Shown here: piece after piece, positions 53,979-64,000 of the stretch
Layout of the letters: each line of letters opens with the position of its first letter
Position numbering within the stretch: position 1 is the stretch's first letter
DNA from: Eledone cirrhosa
Taxonomy: Eukaryota
Assembly (NCBI GenBank): GCA_964016885.1
Contig: OZ024750.1
Location: 32,922,001-32,986,000, forward strand
Direction: 5' to 3'
Length of the DNA: 64,000 bases
Program-made: the position numbers and the translations under genes
Notes under the pieces: generated by a model
Told to the model about the DNA's origin: nothing
Databases searched by the model: none
Seen by the model: the letters and a program-made list of their open reading frames with translations, nothing else

Positions 53979-54035
53979 ATCTATATATCTATATCTATCT
54001 ATCTCTCTCTATCTCTCTCTCTCTATATATATATA

Positions 54036-54105
<70 letters not shown>

Positions 54106-54118
54106 TATAGATATATAG

Positions 54119-54149
<31 letters not shown>

Positions 54150-54507
54150 GATAGATAGATAATGATTTCATACTTAGTATTATATCTATGTTGTTGCCTT
54201 TAGCTTGACATTTAGTGAAATCCAAATGTTATTTGTACAAAACTTCTTAAAATAGCAGAATTATTTTGTAATTTCACTTCCATTGGTCTACTTAATATTC
54301 CTTCTACGACATATTAATGGAAATGTAAACAATATATTTCGTTATGAGATAGCTGCAAATAATAATAATAATAATACCACCACCACCAACAACTACCAGA
54401 ACAACTTCTTTAACACCATCTTAATAGTTTTGCTTTAAGTAAGTTTCATTATCAAAGGGGAAATAAAAATAAAACATTTTTGCCTGAACGCAAAGTTATA
54501 CTGACCC

Positions 54508-55764
54508 ATCTGGCTGTATCTGGCTCTATCTGGCTACATCTGGCTACATCCGGCTGTATCTGGCTACATCCGGCTGTATCTGGCTACATCTGGCTGTATC
54601 TGGCTGTATCTGGCTACATCCGGCTGTATCTGGCTGTATCTGGCTGTATCTGGCTACATCCAGCTGTATCTGGCTACATCTAGCTGTATCTGGCTACATC
54701 TGGCTACATCCAGCTATATCTGGCTACATCTAGCTGTATCTGGCTACATCTGGCTGTATCTTGCTGTATCTGGCTACATATGGCTGTATCTTGCTGTATC
54801 TGGTTACATCTGGCTGTATCTGGCTACATCCGGCTGTATCTGGCTACATCCGGCTGTATCTGGCTGTATCTGGCTGTATCTGGCTACATCCAGCTGTATC
54901 TGGCTACATCTGGCTGTATCTGGCTACATCTAGCTGTATCTGGCTACATCTGGCTGTATCTTGCTGTATCTGGCTACATATGGCTGTATCTTGCTGTATC
55001 TGGCTGTATCTGACCGTGTCTGCCTGTATCTGGCTGTATATGGCTACATCTGGCTGTATCTGTCTGTGTCAGGCTACATCTGCCTGTATCTGTCTGTGTC
55101 AGGCTACATCTGCCTGTATCTGTCTGTATCTGGCTACATCTGGCTGTATCTGTCTATGTCGGGCTACATCTGGCTGTATCTGGCTACATCTGGCTGTATC
55201 TGTCTACGTCTGGCTGTATCTGTCTGTATCCGCTTCTATCTGGCTACATCTGGCTGTATCTGGCTACATCTGACTGTATCTGCCTCTATCTGGCTACATC
55301 AGTCTGTATCTGGCTACATCTGGCTGTATCTAACTGTATCTGCCTCTATCTGGCTACATCAGTCTGTATCTGGCTACATTTGACTGTATCTAGCTGTATC
55401 AGCCTCTATCTGGCTACATCTGGCTGTATCTGACTGTATCTGGCTACATCTGCCTGTATCTGGCTGTATCTGGCTACATCTGGCTGTATCTAGCTGTATC
55501 TAGCTGTATCTGGCTGTATCTGGCTGTATCTGACTACATCTGGTTGTATCTGGCTGTATCTGGTTGTATCTGATTGTATCTGGCTGTATCTGGCTGTATC
55601 TGGCTGTATCTGGCTGTATCTGGCTACATCTGGCTGTATCTAGCTGTATCTAGTTGTATCTAGCTGTATCTGGCTGTATCTGGCTGTATCTGACTACATC
55701 TTGTTGTATCTGGCTGTATCTGGTTGTATCTGATTGTATCTGGCTGTATCTGGCTTTATCTGGC
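54508..55764. repeat. 10-bp minisatellite (TGGCTGTATC/TGGCTACATC)
   Basis: Read directly; about 125 units in phase. Confidence 0.98.
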
Positions 55765-56439
55765 ATCAACAACGTAGACTCTATTCAACTGGTCAGTATT
55801 CTCTTCTTGATTTAATCGATAAAGAGCAAAAACACCAATTTACTTATAAGAGACAGTGAACAATCTAGACTACGTATTACTGATTACTGATTGTTCCAAC
55901 AATTTGAAGTTTTCAAAGAACAGGATTTCTAATTTATAGGCGATTGTTTAAACAGATCAATACTTGACATTTAAAGAATATTAACCACTTACCAACCAAT
56001 ATTTCCTTCTTATACAAAGGGAAGGTTAATTTTCGTAATCCAACAAACCAATTTAATATGCTAGATAATACATGCATGGTCACCTAACTTCTGATGGAGT
56101 CGTGGGAGCGCCGTATTGACAATACTGCGTTTCTTGGGTATTCTTAGACCTGGCGGTGCCCATCTCCTCTCCAGGTCTGAGTACAGCAGATTTCTTCTAG
56201 AGAAGGATAGAGAGTGAGAAAGAAACCTAGAGAAAGAATCGAACCCCAGTACTAGACTGGTACTTTTTACATCAACTTCGAATGGATAAACGGCAAAGTT
56301 GACCTAGACGAGTTTTGAACTCAGAGAGTAGAGAGCTGAAACGAATGCTGCAAATATTCTAGCTGAAGTTTAATGACTTTGCCAATTCACTGCCTCATGC
56401 TAGATAATAGTAGTATATAAAACACATACCGGAGTTTGT

Positions 56440-56620
56440 TCCTTCCGTGCTGGTTGTTGCCGAGGCATCTGGTGTCCTTGGTCATCACACTGCAAAATCA
56501 GAAAGACAGTAGCACGCCTGAGGAAGGAGGTGCGGGGGTGGCTGTTGCAGCAGCTCTCGCCGGCCATTCTCAGTGGAAATATCTTCGGTATTCTATCTGC
56601 GAGGCAAGACCGAATCACAT
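56440..56620 (+). pseudogene. CRE-like RLE remnant
   Basis: EASGVLG and WLLQQLSPAILSGNIFGIL. Confidence 0.55.
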
Positions 56621-56712
56621 CTCAAAGTGAGGTGTCGTATCTGTCCCTCCCACTTTTTCCTCTTTACTTGTGATAATTATTATATATTTTATCATTATTG
56701 TATAATAACAAG

Positions 56713-56902
56713 GGCGGTGGATTGGCAGTATCGGTAGAGGGTCGGACGCCATGCTTTCCAGCATAGTTACGTCCCTTTACGATCTGAGTTCAAATCCCGC
56801 CGAGGTTGACTTTGTCTTTCATCCTTACGGGGTCGATAAAATAAAGTACCAGTAATGCACTGGGTAATTGCTGGCCTTGTGCCTAAAGTAGAAACAATTA
56901 TT
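56713..56902 (+). mobile_element. SINE family A, full-length
   Basis: GGCGGTGGATTGGCAGTATCGG...GTAGAAACAATTATT, flanked by a TTATTGTATA-like duplication. Confidence 0.92.
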
Positions 56903-57985
56903 GTATATTAACATAACCAGAATTATATAGGAATCTTGCTTACTTTAGCAAAGACAGGGAGATATGTAATCTTGATAATCACTAACAAATCAGAAACAAT
57001 TGCATCATCGATTACTTCCTCTTATTTTTGCTGAAGCTAGGTATGTAGTGATTGTCACAACCTTAAAATTCATAGCGAAATGCCTTCAAATGTTTTTCGT
57101 AAACATACCGTATATTATTCAATGTACAATACGTACATATTTTTTACAATTTTTGGATCATGTCAAGCTGGTTTTTGTTTTCTGCTTTTCTTTTCGGAAA
57201 AGTATTCTAAAAGTTTAACCATACTGGGCCTATAAAAGGTGTAAAGTTGAAAAGAAGGTACAATTATAGTATAATAGTTATTATAGTTATTTTAGCTGTG
57301 TTATGGAAAGGTCTAGGTCTTATCACCTGCAATTAGGGACTGAAAAAATTAGGTTTATATCTATAAATTATATATATATATATATTTTTTTTTTATTCAT
57401 TAATAATTCAAATGCAGTAAGTATTCCCGAAAAGCAGCAAAGGTCATCAAATATCTCTGAAATTACACATGTAATAGTAAACCATGCTATAGTCTTGGAA
57501 GATATGTTTCACGCAGCAAATGTATGTCGTCTGTTACAGGTTAATACAATATCTCAACATTTAGTCTCAGCATAAAAAAACAGATTTATTTGACAAGCTG
57601 ATTATTTAATGAAGCAGCCATCTTTTCTTGGATGGACGAACATGATCACGTCTGTTTTGTTTTCGTATTTAGCACCAACAATATTCTGACAACATATATG
57701 TATTCCTACGTAATTGGTTTCTTTCTTTCAAATAGCTTTAGCTTTAATACCTTGATAGAAATTCTCCTTTTGCTTATCACTAGTAACCCATAAATTTTTA
57801 GGGGGATAGCCGCGAGGAAAATGTACTTTAATAACTTATATTATATCCTATATTTAGGAAGGCAAAACTAATGAGTTCACAGGATTGGCATAGTTTTCAT
57901 ATTTCTTATTATTGGGGAAAATGTACAGCTTCTGTAAATACTACCCATGCATTTTCTCAAAGAATTAAAATAAATACATTAAATA

Positions 57986-58013
<28 letters not shown>

Positions 58014-58021
<8 letters not shown>

Positions 58022-58372
58022 ATACTTTGGGAGGGCCATGTTGCCAATAAGAAACACACGCACCAGTTGCTTTCACTTCAATTTATTATAATAAATTTAT
58101 AAATTAAGGAATTTATAAATTTCCGGTTGGTTGGTTCCACAACCAGATGGTTGTTTATATATTGTCAAAGTTCTTTCGTCACACATTCTGTGACCTCTTC
58201 AGTGACTGAGGATTTTTTTCTTTGTTTGTGTGCCTCTCTTTTGTTCTGTCCTACGCCATCTTGTTTCTGTGTGTGTGTTTCTTATTGGCAACATGACCCT
58301 CCCAAAGTATAACAATATCGGTTTCAACACACGTTTTCAGATAAAGAATCTTGCTAAACAAATTCAGAAACG

Positions 58373-58375
<3 letters not shown>
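58014..58375 (+). mobile_element. Fold-back insert in (TA)n: arms 58014-58063/58269-58318 plus tail
   Basis: 50-bp inverted arms with a minus-strand hammerhead in the spacer. Confidence 0.8.
58164..58206 (-). ncRNA. Minimal type I hammerhead ribozyme
   Basis: GTCA-CTGAAGA-G-GTCACA(GAATG)TGTGAC-GAAA-GAAC-T-T-TGAC. Confidence 0.75.
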
Positions 58376-58433
<58 letters not shown>

Positions 58434-59499
58434 CTTTTATTAATAATTTTACCAGAGAAGAATCAAAGATTCTGGTGTTGGATTTCTCTTGATTTAGAGA
58501 AGGAACGATTCCAAATTGATATTTGGATAAATCAACGTTTAACAAATTATTTCATGAAACTTAGTTTAATATAAAATCAATCATGTGAGCAAAATGTTTT
58601 CTGGTTTTTCATGGACGAATACTTATGCTTTACAGCATCAAACTATCTTCGTTCCGATCATTTCATTCTCATCCAGGGATGACGTTTAACTCGACAATCT
58701 ATAAATACAAAAAGCGTTGTGTTATATGTTCGCCAGCGGTACTCAAATCCCCTTCAAATCTACACATATTACCCAAATGTATTCGAAGTATTTGAACCTT
58801 CTCAATGCCACTTTCGGGGTTTTCTGGCGTTCTTTTAAATGCATCGAGTCGTTAAGTGGACAAAAGTCACAAAATCAAAAACATTTCCATCACTCAACAA
58901 AACACACTTTAAAATGGCCTTTGGACTGTCAATGATAAGTCACCGTTCGTTTGATTAATATTGACATTTCATTCCATTCAACAAACCGTTAATGTTACGA
59001 CGGTAAACAATTTCGTCTTCCATACTGAAGAACTGCAACCTATCGTTTTCTAAATACTGTTCCCGGAGCTGACAGCTTATTTCTATTCATTCAATTCTAA
59101 GTACTAAGTCATTCAATTCTAATTGAGTTAAAGGCTTAATGGCCTTTTCCAGTAGTTTCATCTTCAGTAGGTTCATCTTCAGTGTGCCTTCCAATGTCCA
59201 GCTGTCAGGTCCATAGAGAACATTTAACTTATTAAAGACAGGGAGCAGCACATAACCATGGTAACGTAGCGATCTTATGACTGACGGATAATTTGCTTAA
59301 CCTTTCTTCAATTTCCTCTTGGAGCTAATTGCAGTAAGACAAACCGAACAAAAAAAGTAATGAGCAAAATGATTTGACGGTTCTCTTCAGAAAACTCTCC
59401 CACAAAAGCTCCAACACATCATCCATTGCCTCATGTTTATGGTGAAAAATATAAATTTTGAGGAATCTCTTACATGTGGCCACTGCTTTGGTTTTGCCA

Positions 59500-59770
59500 A
59501 GGATTCACAAATATAATAGACGATATCCGATTTGTATCGGTCGCCCTCCGACAGGTTTGCGGTCGAGTCCGTAGCAGGGAGACTTCTGGTGTCCTTGGAC
59601 CTAGGACCACATCCATACACACCACCATCGGCACACAGTTAGCTACCTGGACGCGTGAGCCTTACAAGCTGGAATGACTCTTTCGGCGCATCTCCCTCAC
59701 TATCCTCCGAGGAAACGCCTTCTCTATTCTGCCCGGCGTTGCTGCAGGGATGCCAGTGTGTGGGCCCCAT
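59500..59770 (+). pseudogene. CRE-like RLE remnant
   Basis: ETSGVLGPRTTSIHTTIGTQLA...LE*LFRRISLTILRGNAFSIL. Confidence 0.7.
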
Positions 59771-61726
59771 TGTTCTCATAATTGTGAGAGATGGGGATAG
59801 TGGGAGAGACGGAGGCAGTGACTGTGAGAATTTGGTTCCTTTGTGTTCAGACCTGATGTTTCACAAACATACACTCACTGAGTTTATGAACTATTACCGG
59901 AATAACTTACATTCCTTACAATTAGATAGTAAGTTTAATATAGTAATAACATACAGCATAGAAATAAAGTATAAAATGTAATTTTCGTTGGTCCTGGGTC
60001 CTTGTTATAATGGTGTGACACACCTTTTCTGTATATATGAACGAAACGTGGGCGAAACCCATGGTATTCACCAGGTGTAATTCTGAACTACCAACGAGAG
60101 ACTACAACAAGACTCTGTACGCACTGTCCCCTGACCGTTCACTTCAGTTCTTATTTATATGCCTTTCGCCTAGTCCACTTATATTTATAAGGGGCTGATC
60201 AGGGTTTGTTCCCCACAAGAGTACACCTAATTAAAGCTGAAACAGATGAGAAAGCACACACCTCAGTTAATTAGGAAAGTATTGTAGCGATGTCAGTCTG
60301 GGAAAATTGTCGAATATACATATCATACTGTTCGCCACAATACTTCAGAATATATAGACCTTTCTTCGTGAGAAAGAGATTATTTGATTTAAGACTTTTC
60401 TCAACTAATAAAAATAGGAAAACTTTCAAATGAAGATACATTCCAAACAGGCCTCCCACAACTTTAACCTTCTAAAATACACAGGCTATTCTTCATAAGA
60501 AAGTGTTTATCTGGTTTACAACCTTTCTCAGCTTATAGCAAGAGTAATTTGACATTTTCGTCATCTTCAGAGCCTATATCAAATAATTTCTAAGCTAGTT
60601 ACTTTCTCTTCCGTTCCTATGGTGTTAATACAGAAAACGTTTTCTTTTGCTATGCTGAACTGTATGTTTTATGGTAGTCTTGATATATGTCTTTATTATC
60701 AGCCAATTACCATACAAGTTTGTTCTGTGATTTATTTCCCTGTAATAAAAACAACCACGTATTTGTGGTGTATATATAAATATATGCTATGTAAGACATT
60801 AACTTGATTTTAATCTTTAAAATGTCTTCTGGATAATACTTTAATTTCAAATTGATAGAATAGTTTGACTAGAGATTAGAGTTCAGATAATATGGATATA
60901 TGGTTTGAATGTCTCAGGAAAGAATCGCTGGACAGATTTTACGGGCAAAACCAACGTGGATAACATCCATGAGCTTGGCTGGTCTGACTTTGGGATCCAG
61001 CCGCATAAGATGGAGATGGTCACTTCTTACAAAACCCGCTGGAAGGAGTGTTTGAGGACTCTACCACCACGACCCTCTCAGGAATAAGTGGGAGGAGGAG
61101 CAGGAGGAGGAGGAGATATTTTAGATAAAGATGTTTTTAATTTCTTATCATTTACCGGCTGGTCTTGCTTGGGGATCCAGCCAGATCAGTTGGAGGCAAG
61201 ACCCGCTGCAAGGAGTGTTTGAGAACACAGCTGCCACAACCCTCGCAGGAATAAGTGGGTGAAGAAGTAGAGAATGGTTTGAGAGGAAAAATTAATATAA
61301 TCAGTATTTTTCGTAAAATGCTAAATAAAACCTGGCATATGGTACTTGAGAATTTATGTTATATTTGGAATTACTTGTTCCCGAAATTAGCCTAAAACCG
61401 CCGTTACATTGAAAATAATAGAATTGCTGCGGACGAGTGTATTAGAATGATAAATTCGTAGTTCATGAATGGAATTCTTGCAAGTGAGAATTTAAGTGAG
61501 AAGATAGTTGCACAGAAATTAATCATTCACATCCTGACAGTGATAATTCTTGTTTCCATAGTAGATGAGGTTTTTACAGTTATAGGCAGCTTATTTATAG
61601 TCGACAAAGCATGTAACCTACCATCATAAAATATCAAATCCCGCTGGCAAAGTCAAGATGTCATCGTTCTATTATCTAAAAAAAAGTATAAATAATTGAT
61701 TTCTTACGTAGGCATGAGCTTCTTAC

Positions 61727-61827
61727 GTATATATTGATTAAAATTTGCGTATTTCGTGTCTTTACGTTGGACATTTGAGAGTTAGTTAACGCTTTTGACA
61801 CAAAGCCGACCAAAACCAGCTCTGATT
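61727..61827 (-). CDS. Weak candidate internal exon of an unknown host gene
   Basis: Long polypyrimidine acceptor TTTTTTTTTGTTCATAG, an open frame and donor TAC|GTAAGA; phase fits the 63261-63424 candidate. Confidence 0.25.
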
Positions 61828-62440
61828 CTATGAACAAAAAAAAAGAAAAGTCATACATTTTAAAGTATTTTTATTTAGATTAAAATTTTCTAACACAATT
61901 TTTATATAAGAACGACATGTTAAAGTAATACCTTAATCACGAAATAATAATTTTAGTATCGCCTTCAAACTGATTAATTAATTAATTAAAATAGAATGTA
62001 TTTTATTAGAAATATGGTAATGAAAGGTTTATTGCTATAGTTGATAATTAAACACTTGTCAAGTATTGACCCATTTCACAGAAACCTTACCGTTATTCAA
62101 TTATGTGTTTTGTGTAATAAATAGGCCCCAAACAAGCATCGAATATAATGTTTAGAACAATCTTTAATTAATTCACCATGGATTTTTAATTGAGAAATAC
62201 TTTCTTGGAACCCTCTCCTTGTGGCCTAAGTGATTCACCTGGAAGTGAGATCAATGTACGATAGACTACGACGTGTTGGTCATCATTTGTAACCTTATGC
62301 AGTTATAGTTCTGTAACCTATACCACATCTGTCAAGAGATTTGAACCCAGCACACAGGAGCTAAATATATATTCAATGTTTATAGAAGTGAACAGTAGCT
62401 ATCATATGGAATCTATTACTATACTGGTAAGTGTATAAGC

Positions 62441-63005
62441 CAGGGGTTCTAAAACATTTTGCCCTCCCCACCCCCACTCACGACCACATAATACCCTCAG
62501 CCCCCCTCACGGCCACGTAATACCCTCAATGCCCCCAACGAGAGAGACCTGACTACACTTAAATAGTAAATAATATACAATAAATAAAATCGTTAATTTA
62601 TATTAAATAATTGTTTCTACTTTGGCACAAGGCCAGCAATTACCCAGTGTATTACTGGTACTTTATTTTATCAACCCTGTAAGGATGAAAGGCAAAGTTA
62701 ACCTCGGCGGGATTTGAACTCAGAATGGCAAGGGCCGTAACTATGCGTCAAAGCATGGCGTCCGACCCTCTACCGATACTGCTAATCCACCGCCATTTAT
62801 ACTAAATTTATACTAAATAATATAATATATACTATGTATAAATAAATATATTTTTATTTTATTATATCTATATATAATATGTATCATTGGTATTTAATAT
62901 ACTATTATATCATCTCTACGCCCCTGCCTCCTTAGGCCCCACCACCTTCTGGACCTTCTCAATGCCCCAGGAGGGGGGCGGTAGCACGCACGTTGAGAAC
63001 TCCTG
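62441..63005. mobile_element. hAT (Charlie-like) MITE with a nested SINE at 62608-62795
   Basis: TIRs CAGGGGTTCTAAA/GTTGAGAACTCCTG; 8-bp TSD GTATAAGC/GTCTAAGC. Confidence 0.85.
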
Positions 63006-63260
63006 GTCTAAGCTATAGATGCAGCATGTGATACGATTAATCACTGTCAATTATTCCAATAGTACCACCTACATCCTTTCTAAATATATCTGCTACATAT
63101 TGCCAAGTCAATAAGATGTTAAATGTCCAACCGAATGATGAATGATTTGTATACAGACTCAAACAATAACAATGTGTTGTATTTATGGCCATGCCACTTT
63201 AATATCTATGATCGATCCCACCAAGCTGGTAATCGATTCTATACGGTAGCTAGTGTTCAC

Positions 63261-63424
63261 CTCTATAAACAGTAAATAACAATTTAGTTCCCGTGTTGAG
63301 CACAAATATTCCCACATATGGAATATGTAACAGAACAGGGTCTATGAAGTTGTATATGATGACTAACAGGTCATTATAGTCTCTCATGAATTTCATCTCG
63401 CACAGAAACGCACCTCTAGGGATT
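63261..63424 (-). CDS. Candidate exon encoding a membrane-protein segment (possibly GPCR-like)
   Basis: Acceptor TTTTGTTTTTCTTTTTAG, open frame IPRGAFLCEMKFMRDYNDLLVIIYNFIDPVLLHIPYVGIFVLNTGTKLLFTVYR, donor GAG|GTGAAC. Confidence 0.35.
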
Positions 63425-63558
63425 CTAAAAAGAAAAACAAAAGTCGTAATTACACAATCAAAACTAATGGCTTCTAATTTTGGCACTAGACCAGCAATTT
63501 TAAGTGAAGAGAAAAGTCGATTATATAGACATCCAGTATGTGACTGGTATATATTATT

Positions 63559-63735
63559 TGGCAGTATCGGTAGAGGGTCGGACGCCATGCTTTGACGCAT
63601 AGAGTTACTGCCCTTGCCATTCTGAGTTCAAATCTCGCCAAGGTTAACTTTGCCTTTTATCCTTGCGTGGTCGATAAAATAAAGTACCAGTAAAAAAAAA
63701 TTGTTGCTGGCCTAGTGCCAAAAGTAAAAACTATT
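63559..63735 (+). mobile_element. SINE family A nested in an older antisense SINE (about 63465-63870)
   Basis: The older copy is split into two collinear halves; TATTATTT is duplicated at the junctions. Confidence 0.8.
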
Positions 63736-64000
63736 ATTTTATCAACCCCAGAAAGATTAAAGATAAAGTTGAACTTGGTGAGATTTGACCTCAGAGCGCA
63801 GAGTACCCGAGCGAATACTGTACAAAATGTATTCAATATTCTAAACAACTCTGCTGCCAACCCACCACCCCAACAAAATCATAACTAATAAAGATTGGTC
63901 TACTAATTTTGGTTTATGCTATTTAGGACTCATGTATTCCAAACCGTCGAATAACGGTATATGTTATGTTAGCTACGCCAATCCTTGGCTTGTTTTCAAT

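Noticed and set aside
60271-60459. 62-aa non-repetitive ORF with an acceptor-like site
   Set aside because: Its phase does not fit the upstream candidate exon and it has no recognisable motif.

Overview
Eukaryotic, AT-rich and dominated by repeats. The tRNA-derived SINEs, RTE-type repeats and very long (TA)n/(GATA)n/(CA)n tracts look like a coleoid cephalopod (octopus-like) genome; this is inference from repeat style. Almost all listed ORFs are microsatellite or minisatellite artefacts. Real coding remnants are transposon-derived: two Penelope-like element (PLE) GIY-YIG endonuclease fragments, a stack of five Tx1/L1-like 3' ends in (GATA)n, and CRE-like RLE, RTE, CR1/L2-like APE and Tc1 fragments. 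There are two weak host-exon candidates near 61.7-63.4 kb and one promoter-like segment at about 53 kb. The most striking structure is a set of about 15 short, mostly unrelated non-coding inserts in (TA)n tracts. Many are fold-backs (long inverted repeats) carrying whole or half type I hammerhead ribozymes. Eight of them, from about five unrelated families, end in a unique tail that starts with the same covarying bulged hairpin, RCTC-stem-loop-stem'-YY-GAGY, placed where the inverted copy stops. This is a candidate shared cis-signal for PLE reverse-transcription initiation.
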